A DNA stretch of 60,386 nucleotides, taken from positions 1-60,386 of IMG/VR virus record IMGVR_UViG_3300048927_000480; one strand, written 5' to 3'. The notes beneath the pieces were generated by a model. That model made no database searches, had not been told where the DNA came from, and saw only the letters and a list, made by a program, of their open reading frames with translations. Made by a program: the position numbers and the translations under genes. Positions 52,453 through 59,957 of the stretch are shown here, in pieces. This DNA comes from a virus. The number at the start of each line of letters is the position of its first letter. Position 1 is the stretch's first letter.

Positions 52453-53051
52453 TCATGCAGATCTGGGACTCCATCCTCGACCGCCTGCTCCAATTCGGTG
52501 GCACCGTGCGCAATGGCCGCCGAACCCCGGAGACCGTCTACGCCTCGTTCGACGACAACCTGGACGACCGGACCACGAACTTCCCGCTCTTCCTCGTGCC
52601 GGAGGAGCCGTTGGCCCGGTTCGTTGTCGAGGCCGTGCAGGAGAAGCTCGCCCGGGCGCGGCGTCCCGCGGACCCCGAGGCCTGGCTCGCTGACCAGCTA
52701 GCCCAGCTGCCGGTCGGCGCGGCGATGGACTCTCGTCGTGATGCCTGCCTCGAGCCCGGTCCGAACTACGGCCGATGGACCACCACCCTCATCGCAGGCA
52801 GTCCCACTTTTACGGCCATCGAGAAGCTCGCGCAGGAGTACGGCGAGATGTGCGCGGCCCGTGCACTCTCCGAGTACGAAGACCTGACCATCGTCACGAA
52901 GGATGAGGGCGGTCTACACGTGCTCGTCGGCGGCGTCGAAGTCCGACCGCTCGCTGACGTATTCCCGGACGGCGGTGTCGCGCTTCGGGAAATGGGCGCC
53001 GGTCCGCTCGCCGTGGTGCACGGCCTCGATGAAGGCGAAGTCGTCCGGTGA
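52449..53051 (+). CDS. Hypothetical protein (about 200 aa)
   Basis: GTGA overlap with the upstream CDS. ATG 52455 is an alternative start. Confidence 0.65.
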   Translation: MIMQIWDSILDRLLQFGGTVRNGRRTPETVYASFDDNLDDRTTNFPLFLVPEEPLARFVVEAVQEKLARARRPADPEAWLADQLAQLPVGAAMDSRRDACLEPGPNYGRWTTTLIAGSPTFTAIEKLAQEYGEMCAARALSEYEDLTIVTKDEGGLHVLVGGVEVRPLADVFPDGGVALREMGAGPLAVVHGLDEGEVVR

Positions 53052-53182
53052 CCGCGTTGCCGGCTCCGTCGCTCCCGCGCTGCCAGTGGTGCGAAGACAT
53101 GTTCCTGACCGAGCAGGCACGCGACTGGCACGAACCGAAGTGCAAAGACAACCCAAACTACACACCGCCAGCAGAGGATTGA
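53048..53182 (+). CDS. Possible zinc-finger micro-protein (44 aa)
   Basis: GTGA overlap with the upstream CDS. CQWC...H...C pattern. Below the ORF-track cutoff. Confidence 0.45.
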   Translation: MTALPAPSLPRCQWCEDMFLTEQARDWHEPKCKDNPNYTPPAED

Positions 53183-53185
53183 ACC

Positions 53186-53317
53186 ATGGATGACGGGGAC
53201 ATGGCACGGGCAGAGCGACTCGCGAGGCAGCTTGCTGACGCAAAGCACGATCGGGACAGGCCTACGCCGGAACAGGGCAACCAAGGAGATTCTCAAGACA
53301 ACGAGGAATCCTCGTGA
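53186..53317 (+). CDS. Possible acidic micro-protein (43 aa)
   Basis: ATG 53186. Its stop overlaps GTG 53314 of the next CDS (GTGA). Confidence 0.4.
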   Translation: MDDGDMARAERLARQLADAKHDRDRPTPEQGNQGDSQDNEESS

Positions 53318-53706
53318 TCGCCGTTACCCTTCCACATAGACTGCTCGTCACCGGTAGCCGGCACTACGATGACCGGGCCAAAGTCCACAAAGCACTGTGG
53401 CCATGGAGCATCGTGTCCTCGTGCATGCTCATGCCCTTGACGCTGGTGCACGGAGCGTGCCCGTACGGTGGTCTGGACATGATCGCCGCGGAGACCTGGT
53501 CCGAGTGGGGTTTGCCGGTGTACGCCGTCCCGGCGGAGAACGAGGCCCACACCAGCCGGTTCATGGGTCCGGAGCGCAACCAGAAGATGGTCGACCTCGG
53601 CGGGTACGCGGCGTGCCTGGCCTTCCCCATCGACCAGAGCTTCGGCACCCGGGACTGTATGCGCCGGGCTCAGGCCGCCGGCATCCTCACCTTGGAGGTG
53701 AAGTGA
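53314..53706 (+). CDS. DUF2493 / SLOG-superfamily (YspA-like) protein (130 aa)
   Basis: LLVTGSR...LVHGACPYGGLD..A...A.....V...PA......R..GP.RN..M pattern typical of DUF2493. Confidence 0.6.
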   Translation: MIAVTLPHRLLVTGSRHYDDRAKVHKALWPWSIVSSCMLMPLTLVHGACPYGGLDMIAAETWSEWGLPVYAVPAENEAHTSRFMGPERNQKMVDLGGYAACLAFPIDQSFGTRDCMRRAQAAGILTLEVK

Positions 53707-53708
53707 GT

Positions 53709-54104
53709 ATGACTGCTCCCTCGGTTCGACTTTGGGAAGTTGAGCACCCCTATTACTGCGCCGAAGGCAACTACTTCAGCAACGAGTGCCATCAGGAATA
53801 CGGTTCATGGCAAGCTTTCCTTCGTACAGAAGGTGATGCGGACATGGACTACAACCTGGTGTACCGATGGGACTGGGAGTGCGATGACGACGAAACGGAC
53901 ACCGTCGATGGTCGCAAGGAGTATGCTTCCAGGTTCGGAATGCGGGATCATGCCTGGACCTTGAAGCTCTTTTTCATGGGTCAGCGCAAGGCACTCGCTC
54001 GAAGCGTTCACGTGAGCGTGTGCAAGGACGATGAGCCATCCGTGCGCGTATGGCTTAGCGAACGAGCTGAGTATCTCCGTAAAATTTGGGAGCCGTTGCT
54101 GTGA
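53709..54104 (+). CDS. Hypothetical protein (131 aa)
   Basis: ATG 53709. Trp/acidic-rich. Confidence 0.65.
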   Translation: MTAPSVRLWEVEHPYYCAEGNYFSNECHQEYGSWQAFLRTEGDADMDYNLVYRWDWECDDDETDTVDGRKEYASRFGMRDHAWTLKLFFMGQRKALARSVHVSVCKDDEPSVRVWLSERAEYLRKIWEPLL

Positions 54105-54547
54105 CTGTTCCGAACCATGACTGGGCCAAGGTACTCGCTGAGCCGACAACCGAGACGATCGACTTCGAACTCCGGCAGGACGTTCGGATCCCGGTCAGTG
54201 ACATCGCCAAGTACCGGTTCAACGGCGCCGGCTTCATGCTCAAGCTCAGTCCGATGCAGACTGCCGCTTTGCATATCATGGTCCGTCGTGCAATCGCCGC
54301 AGAGATGCAGAAGCTGGTGCACAGCTACAACACCCGCCCTGGTGGCCTGGTGTCTCCGTCCAATGTGGCCTATCACATCGCGGAAACAGCAGAGAAGATC
54401 CGCACATGGCTGCCGTCCTGGTGCGTGATCACCACTTACGCTGACGGCGCTCCGGACGAAGAACAACCCTTTCCGTATCTGGACGATGCGGTACTCGACG
54501 CCGGGCTTGAGATGCCCGGGATGACCAAGAAAGTTCGGATGCGATGA
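54101..54547 (+). CDS. Hypothetical protein (148 aa)
   Basis: GTGA overlap with the upstream CDS. Confidence 0.6.
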   Translation: MTVPNHDWAKVLAEPTTETIDFELRQDVRIPVSDIAKYRFNGAGFMLKLSPMQTAALHIMVRRAIAAEMQKLVHSYNTRPGGLVSPSNVAYHIAETAEKIRTWLPSWCVITTYADGAPDEEQPFPYLDDAVLDAGLEMPGMTKKVRMR

Positions 54548-55203
54548 CTGAGCCGAAGACGACGTACACCCGCGCCGAGATCCGAACGGTCCGTGAAGCG
54601 TTTCGGGACTGGAAGTTCGGACCTCGGTCCATCGAGCCGGATGGTCGGGTCACTGTGCTCTATGACCAGCGACCCACGGAACAGTCGATCGGGTTCGTGT
54701 GCCAGCACGAGCACGGTTGGTTGTTGGTCAAGGACGCGGACGACCTCCGGAGCCAGGCGAAGCGGGGAGTCCCGGGGGCGTGGCGTGTGCTCGTACACAG
54801 CCTCGACGGTTCCGAAGTTCTGGTCGTGCCGACGGAATGGGAACTGGAGAGGGGCGGGTTCCGGGTGACCGTGGACGACGAACCGGCCGAGGAGGAAGGG
54901 CTGAAGGACGGCGAGTACGAGGCCACGGAAGCCGACGAACAGATCGACCGAGGCATCGACTCTCTCCACCGCCCTACCGTCGACGGGCTGAGCGCTGCTC
55001 GAGCACAGGCGCATTTCACGGCGTCGATAGCGATCTCGTTACGGGAGCTTCTGGCCTTGTACCGGAAGTACGAGCCGGAGAACATGGAGGTCATCGTCGA
55101 TCCGGGGCCGGACGAGGACCAGGAGAAACGGGCCGCAGCGGATGTGCCGGTGGATCGGCTCGATGGTCCGGTTGCCGACGAAGTGTTTCCCTGGGCGAGA
55201 TGA
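54544..55203 (+). CDS. Hypothetical protein (219 aa)
   Basis: ATGA overlap with the upstream CDS. Confidence 0.65.
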   Translation: MTEPKTTYTRAEIRTVREAFRDWKFGPRSIEPDGRVTVLYDQRPTEQSIGFVCQHEHGWLLVKDADDLRSQAKRGVPGAWRVLVHSLDGSEVLVVPTEWELERGGFRVTVDDEPAEEEGLKDGEYEATEADEQIDRGIDSLHRPTVDGLSAARAQAHFTASIAISLRELLALYRKYEPENMEVIVDPGPDEDQEKRAAADVPVDRLDGPVADEVFPWAR

Positions 55204-55222
55204 CCGTGTCGATTTGCGCGGG

Positions 55223-55278
55223 ATCCGCCCACCGTTCACCGATGCCCGTGTCCTTTTTGGACAAATCCGCCCACCGTT
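55223..55278 (+). promoter_or_regulatory. Two direct copies of ATCCGCCCACCGTT (55223-55236, 55265-55278), putative operator pair
   Basis: Exact 14-mers 42 bp apart. The second lies in the spacer of the TTGGAC-16-TAGATA promoter. A third near-copy is at 59277-59289. Confidence 0.5.
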
Positions 55279-55284
55279 TAGATA
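55257..55284 (+). promoter_or_regulatory. Promoter TTGGAC-16-TAGATA
   Basis: -35 at 55257-55262 and -10 at 55279-55284, upstream of the GAGGAGG RBS and ATG 55311. Confidence 0.5.
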
Positions 55285-55310
55285 CACCTCTCATCGAGGA
55301 GGCGAGACAC

Positions 55311-55595
55311 ATGTCGCCCTCGCCGTGGCCTCGCGAGCTCGGAATCCGAGAGACGCAGTCGGTGCCGGTTCTCGCGATTGCGCCCCGTTGGGTGCGGACG
55401 GAGCGGAGATGGTGGGATCCGCGTCCGCGGATCACTGTGACGGTGCGCGCGAGACTGATGGGCGGGGTCCGGGTGTACCGGTTCTGGACTGCTGCCTCCG
55501 CCGAGCAGCGGGTGCAGAGGTTCCTCGACGCTCACCGGCGGATCTACCGCATGTACGCGCAACCCGCTGCGCCGGCTCGAAGTGGAGCCGTGTAG
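55311..55595 (+). CDS. Hypothetical Arg/Trp-rich basic protein (94 aa)
   Basis: ATG 55311 with GAGGAGG upstream. Confidence 0.6.
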   Translation: MSPSPWPRELGIRETQSVPVLAIAPRWVRTERRWWDPRPRITVTVRARLMGGVRVYRFWTAASAEQRVQRFLDAHRRIYRMYAQPAAPARSGAV

Positions 55596-55845
55596 GCTAT
55601 TCTCTCGAAGTGGGGAGATGCCACTTCACCGGCCCCATGGCCTGCTCTCGGCGAATTTCATCATCCGCGGCCACCCCCGCCGGCGCCCAGAGTGGAGCCA
55701 TGGGGCTCTTTGCGCGTTCATGATCCACTAGTCCAGTTTGATCATGGTCTAGTGTTGATCTCACTTTCCGATGATCTTGGTGACTGTCCACTGTGGACTT
55801 GATCATCGGACTCCCTTCCTACGGACAGGGTTGACAGACTTCGGG

Positions 55846-55878
55846 ACCCGGGTGTATCTGCGCACCCGGGTTCTTCTC
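55846..55878 (+). terminator. Putative intrinsic terminator
   Basis: ACCCGGGTG (55846-55854) pairs with CACCCGGGT (55863-55871), followed by TCTTCTC. Placed just upstream of the next motif-family promoter. Confidence 0.5.
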
Positions 55879-55922
55879 ATGCTCCGGGGTCGCCGGCGCT
55901 ACCACAAGGATGAGACCGTTCT

Positions 55923-55954
55923 GTTACCCAACGACGTGATCCAGGTGCTAACGT
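55923..55954 (+). promoter_or_regulatory. Putative early promoter/operator P3 (GTTACC..ACGTGA-N9-TAACGT)
   Basis: Same architecture and spacing as P1, P2 and P4. TAACGT at 55949-55954, 36 nt upstream of ATG 55991. Confidence 0.55.
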
Positions 55955-55990
55955 GGTCGTCAACAGCCCAGAGAGCACAGGGAGAACGCA

Positions 55991-56473
55991 ATGACTTGGA
56001 TGACGGTCCAGATTGACGGCGACACTGCGGCTACCCGTATCAGCGAGGGCTACCCGCCGGTTCTCGCGCCGGAGTACTACGCGGAGGACCTCGAAACGGT
56101 TCGCGTGGTCCACGCGACGTCGGGGGACTTCTCGTGCAAGCACTGCGGTGAGCGCTGGAGCACGCAGGACGAGGACCGTGACGAGGTGGCTGCGCAGGTG
56201 TGCCCGCAGAACGTGTGCGAGGACCCGCAGTGCGAGTGCGGAGAGCACACTCACGAACTCGAAGACGCGCCGATGACGTGGTTCGAAGAGGCCACGATCA
56301 AGGTGGACCAGCGACGGGAAGAGGTGTCCGTGTCGTTCGAGGTCAACGGCAAGCGCTTCCGGATGGGCGTGCACTACGCCGCGAACGTCGACGAGGGTGG
56401 CTCCCTGGTCCTGAGCTTCCCGGGCACCTCCGGCACACGGGAACTCGCCGGCCGCACTGTCGTCGCGGACTGA
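55991..56473 (+). CDS. Hypothetical Cys-rich protein (160 aa)
   Basis: ATG after GGGAGAA. CKHC...C....C...C.C pattern. Confidence 0.65.
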   Translation: MTWMTVQIDGDTAATRISEGYPPVLAPEYYAEDLETVRVVHATSGDFSCKHCGERWSTQDEDRDEVAAQVCPQNVCEDPQCECGEHTHELEDAPMTWFEEATIKVDQRREEVSVSFEVNGKRFRMGVHYAANVDEGGSLVLSFPGTSGTRELAGRTVVAD

Positions 56474-56567
56474 CACCGGCCCCTGGCACCACGGTAGGTT
56501 CCCCGCCACGGCGGGGCGCCCTCCGCGGCTCCATGGACCACAGTGGACACGACGAAAGGACCTCGCC

Positions 56568-57671
56568 ATGCCGCACACCAACCCGTTCGCTCCGGACCCT
56601 GCCAACCCGTACACGTCGTGGTCCTCACAGGAGCTGGAAAACGCCAGGGGCACGTGGGCCACCCCGCAGGCGGAACAGTTCGACCGTCCGGATGCTGTCC
56701 GTAAAGCCAGTCATGTTGGGGAGGAACTCAGCCGGCGCGCGGACGTTGATCGTGCCGTCGAGCTCTGGGAGCGACTGTGCGCTGTCCCGTTCGTGACCGG
56801 CGAGACGCAAGGCGAGTACCTTTACTCCACGCGGCACCTGAGTCCCGAGGGCCGCGGCCGGACCGTCGGCGCTGTTTCACGGATGCCGAGCCGCGAGGAA
56901 CTCGAAGCGCTGGTCCTGAGCGACGGTGAGGAGACCACCTACCCCACCCACGACGTCACGGAGCCCAGCGGCTACCACTGGACTCAGGACACGTCGCCGT
57001 GGTCCGGCGGGCTCCGCCTGTACCCCATCACCCTCACGCTGATTTCCTGCGGTGACTACCACGGGTCCGACGTCGATGCGGCCAACAACCGCACCCTTGC
57101 CAGGTACGCGGGAGTGACCGTACGCGAGCCGAACACCGGAGGCATGAGCAGTGTGTTCAACGTGTCCACCACCGTCGTCGGTGAGATGTCCACCTTCGCA
57201 GACGATCCCGAGACGCGTGACCCGCGCGACGTGCGTACCGAGGCATTGGACGCGTTGGAGTTTCTCGTAAAGACCATGGAAGGCCTGATCGACTACGCGT
57301 TGATCGACGAACAGGCTCATTCCGAGTACCTGGTAGAACTTGCCGAAGGGGCCTGGTCCGATCACCTCGAATCGGACACCCGCGACGCGCTCGCGGACAT
57401 TGCCCGAGACACTCTCGACTTTCCCCACGGTGTTACCGGTTTGGGCGTGTTCGACGACGCTGAGGACCTGATCGATGCGCTCTACGCTGCGTCGGGGAAC
57501 CGGCTTCCCGTGCCGACGTCGTTGGACGGTGACGACGCGGTTCGTGTGGCCTATTTCGAATTCGACGAAAACGAGTGGAACGCGGAGACGGCTACTAGCG
57601 TCGTGAACGACCGGCACGAGGACGCCGTGAAGCACGTCGCGCGGACCGTGTTCGGCTGGAACGTCCCGTGA
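56568..57671 (+). CDS. Hypothetical acidic protein (367 aa)
   Basis: ATG 56568 after AAAGGA. Asp/Glu-rich. Confidence 0.7.
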   Translation: MPHTNPFAPDPANPYTSWSSQELENARGTWATPQAEQFDRPDAVRKASHVGEELSRRADVDRAVELWERLCAVPFVTGETQGEYLYSTRHLSPEGRGRTVGAVSRMPSREELEALVLSDGEETTYPTHDVTEPSGYHWTQDTSPWSGGLRLYPITLTLISCGDYHGSDVDAANNRTLARYAGVTVREPNTGGMSSVFNVSTTVVGEMSTFADDPETRDPRDVRTEALDALEFLVKTMEGLIDYALIDEQAHSEYLVELAEGAWSDHLESDTRDALADIARDTLDFPHGVTGLGVFDDAEDLIDALYAASGNRLPVPTSLDGDDAVRVAYFEFDENEWNAETATSVVNDRHEDAVKHVARTVFGWNVP

Positions 57672-57868
57672 TACGCGCGGTGACCCGGTACGCAGACCGT
57701 ACCGGGTACCCTGCCCTGTTCGATGTCCTGGCCGTGCGTGGCGGGCAACTGCGAGTGCAGTTCGTCGGACACGCCGGCCCGGAGGGCGAACCCGTCCCCG
57801 CGGCCCCTCCGCTCCCTGGTCCTCAGTGGCTTTCTGCCCGACGCTTCCGACTGTCCGAAGAGGAGTAG
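57668..57868 (+). CDS. Hypothetical protein (66 aa)
   Basis: GTGA overlap with the upstream CDS. Confidence 0.5.
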   Translation: MIRAVTRYADRTGYPALFDVLAVRGGQLRVQFVGHAGPEGEPVPAAPPLPGPQWLSARRFRLSEEE

Positions 57869-57870
57869 CT

Positions 57871-58239
57871 GTGTTCACCGTAGCCTCTGCGCCTTCGTCG
57901 CTTTCCTCGCGTGTCCGGGCCGGCGTCGCTGCACTGGACAGCGTGGAACCGTTCTGGCCCGTGGCCATGAACGAGCACACCCTTGACGTGGGTTCCGACA
58001 CGCGGTGTCCCCTCGGGCAGCTCTGGGGACAGTTCTCGCGCGGCCTGAAAGCACTGGGCGTACCCGAGGACGACGCGGCTCTTTACGGGTTCGACTCGCC
58101 GACAGCGTTGGATGAGTCCGTTTCGGAGGATGACGACAGTTTCGCGGATACGGTCGAACAGGAGTACGCCACCCTGTCCCGCATGTGGCGCTACGTGGTG
58201 CGCAATCGCACTGAGGGCCGTATTGTCATCGCCACGTGA
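57871..58239 (+). CDS. Hypothetical protein (122 aa)
   Basis: GTG 57871 with GAGGAG 5 nt upstream. Confidence 0.6.
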   Translation: MFTVASAPSSLSSRVRAGVAALDSVEPFWPVAMNEHTLDVGSDTRCPLGQLWGQFSRGLKALGVPEDDAALYGFDSPTALDESVSEDDDSFADTVEQEYATLSRMWRYVVRNRTEGRIVIAT

Positions 58240-58267
58240 CCTTCACACGTAGTCCATAGGCTAACGT
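58236..58267 (+). promoter_or_regulatory. Promoter/operator (GTGACC..ACGTAG-TCCATAGGC-TAACGT)
   Basis: TAACGT at 58262-58267. ATG 58275 follows after 7 nt, so the transcript may be leaderless. Confidence 0.5.
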
Positions 58268-58274
58268 CAGTGCC

Positions 58275-58496
58275 ATGGCCAGAAAGGTAGGCAACACGAT
58301 GCCCGTACCCACCCCCGTCATCACGAAGATGACCTATCACGCGAACAGCGACACGGGATGCGAAGTCCACGTGTGGACGGAGAAACACGGCGAGATGGAC
58401 ATCACCCTGACCGTGGACCAGTACCACCGGATCCACACTCAGCTCGCCGACACAGGTCGGGCGACGGTGCCGACGTACGGGACGGCGGCAGCATGA
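58275..58496 (+). CDS. Hypothetical protein (73 aa)
   Basis: ATG 58275 would be leaderless. The alternative ATG 58299 is preceded by AAAGGTAGG. Confidence 0.55.
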   Translation: MARKVGNTMPVPTPVITKMTYHANSDTGCEVHVWTEKHGEMDITLTVDQYHRIHTQLADTGRATVPTYGTAAA

Positions 58497-58801
58497 AGAC
58501 AAACACCCGTCACCGCACGCACGTCGTGTCCGTGTCCATTCAGGACTCGCCGATCCTGCCTGTTCCGTTCGCGCAGGAAGGGACCGTGATGTCCCTGACC
58601 CGTGCAGAAGTCGACTGGCGACGGCTGGGCCCCGAGCCCTGGCGCCTGTACGTCGTCACGGTCTGGGGCGCCGCGAACAACGGCTCCGGCGTGCGCGTCG
58701 ATTACTTCCCCGACAACCCGATTAAACAGCCGCCCCCGGAGCTGTCCGAGTGGATCGCGTCCACGCATCCGGGCCGAGTCAGTGAGGAGAGCACGGCATG
58801 A
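58493..58801 (+). CDS. Hypothetical protein (102 aa)
   Basis: ATGA overlap with the upstream CDS. Confidence 0.6.
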   Translation: MKTNTRHRTHVVSVSIQDSPILPVPFAQEGTVMSLTRAEVDWRRLGPEPWRLYVVTVWGAANNGSGVRVDYFPDNPIKQPPPELSEWIASTHPGRVSEESTA

Positions 58802-59262
58802 GCGAGGAAAACCGCACCCGCGTGTGGCTGGTCAAGACGCCTGAATACTTCGACGCCGTGATCGTGGCGTTCGCGGAGCCGGACAGCGACGAGTGCGCTG
58901 GCATCTTCCTGTACGAACCGGGCACGGACCCGGTCGAGTTAGTGACCGTGGGCATTGACGGCGTGGCAACGGAATTCGAACACGCCTCCGTCACGGCCAC
59001 ATTCGACCGCGGTTGCGAGGACGAGGAGGCAGACGTCTCCTATCCCGGCGACGAGATGATCACTCTCGCCCAGCGTGATGCAGACGTGGCGGCCGCGGTG
59101 GAGGCGCACGAAACCCTGGCGGGCAACCACGAGAAGCTCACGGAGCAGGCGCGGGCACTAGTCGCCGCTGTGCAGGAGGAACACCGGGCCACACACGAAC
59201 CTGGACCGATCGAACTGTGCGGGTACGCGACGTGTCAGACTGCACGTGAGGTGGACCTGTGA
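58798..59262 (+). CDS. Hypothetical strongly acidic protein (154 aa)
   Basis: ATGA overlap with the upstream CDS. Asp/Glu-rich. Confidence 0.65.
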   Translation: MSEENRTRVWLVKTPEYFDAVIVAFAEPDSDECAGIFLYEPGTDPVELVTVGIDGVATEFEHASVTATFDRGCEDEEADVSYPGDEMITLAQRDADVAAAVEAHETLAGNHEKLTEQARALVAAVQEEHRATHEPGPIELCGYATCQTAREVDL

Positions 59263-59336
59263 CCGCCGGGGCGCATTCCGCCCACCGTTCGCGGTTTCCT
59301 CGGCGAAGACACACCCGACGTGCTCTGTGCCGAGCC

Positions 59337-59591
59337 ATGATGCTCACGGAGATGGAAGCTTTGCGGTTCCGGGCAGAGTGGGCTGTGTTCGTGGCACGGG
59401 TGGCCGATCAGCGGTACGACACGACCCGTGCGGCCATGTACCGGCAGATGGCCGAAGACTGCGCACGGGGCGCGAAAGAGCTCTACGTCCGGGCGGAGAA
59501 GTGCCGGCCCTGGCGAGAACGCGCGTGGCTCGCCCTGGTGAAGTGGAGCCGCGCACTCCGGCGGTCACTGGGTGCCGGAGCGGAGCCGTGA
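59337..59591 (+). CDS. Hypothetical helical protein (84 aa)
   Basis: ATG 59337. Arg/Ala/Glu-rich helices. Confidence 0.55.
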   Translation: MMLTEMEALRFRAEWAVFVARVADQRYDTTRAAMYRQMAEDCARGAKELYVRAEKCRPWRERAWLALVKWSRALRRSLGAGAEP

Positions 59592-59848
59592 TGCCGGCAG
59601 GGATCTGGGCCGACGTAGTGGACTCGCTGTCCGGTCGGCGCTACGGCGGAATGGAGTGCACCCACGGGATCCCTGACCGAGGTGACTTTCTGCTCACCCG
59701 AGAACCCCGGGGAAGGGGTGTCACGGAACCGGTGACGTGGGTGGTGGTCGTAGAAGTGGCCTGGATACCGGAGCAACATCGTGTGGTGCTTGGTGTCCGG
59801 AAAGCCATCCTGCCGACGTACCTCAGTCAGGCCGTCGACGGTACGTGA
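59588..59848 (+). CDS. Hypothetical protein (86 aa)
   Basis: GTGA overlap with the upstream CDS. Confidence 0.55.
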   Translation: MMPAGIWADVVDSLSGRRYGGMECTHGIPDRGDFLLTREPRGRGVTEPVTWVVVVEVAWIPEQHRVVLGVRKAILPTYLSQAVDGT

Positions 59849-59888
59849 GCCGGTGGACATCGGCAAGGTCAACAACCGAGACCTTGCC

Positions 59889-59920
59889 GTGACCCATAGA
59901 CGTTAGCCATGGGGTAACGT
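59889..59920 (+). promoter_or_regulatory. Putative early promoter/operator P4 (GTGACC..ACGTTA-N9-TAACGT)
   Basis: TAACGT at 59915-59920. The leader TGGCTC..CAGCACGCC..CGGAGGTCACC parallels that of P2. Lies 37 nt upstream of GTG 59958. Confidence 0.55.
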
Positions 59921-59957
59921 GGCTCCTGTCAGCACGCCGCTACCAACGGAGGTCACC

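Noticed and set aside
55597-55806. Antisense ORF 55597..55806(-), 69 aa, in the untranslated early-arm segment.
   Set aside because: It is the only - strand ORF within a long + strand operon. It has no obvious RBS or promoter and no recognisable fold motif. Retained only as an alternative explanation in the finding for this region.
55831-55860. Apparent strong promoter TTGACA-18-TATCTG.
   Set aside because: The -10 hexamer forms the loop, and the spacer forms the 5' arm, of the 9-bp GC-rich hairpin followed by a T-rich tract. The terminator reading fits the same terminator-then-promoter arrangement seen at 48412-48457. A dual role cannot be excluded.
56489-56510. Possible eleventh motif-family promoter (TGACAC-18-TAGGTT) upstream of 56568, plus the CCCCGCC/GGCGGGG hairpin.
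   Set aside because: It matches the family only weakly (no ACGT half-site, -10 TAGGTT), and the hairpin loop is too short for a confident terminator. Left uncalled.
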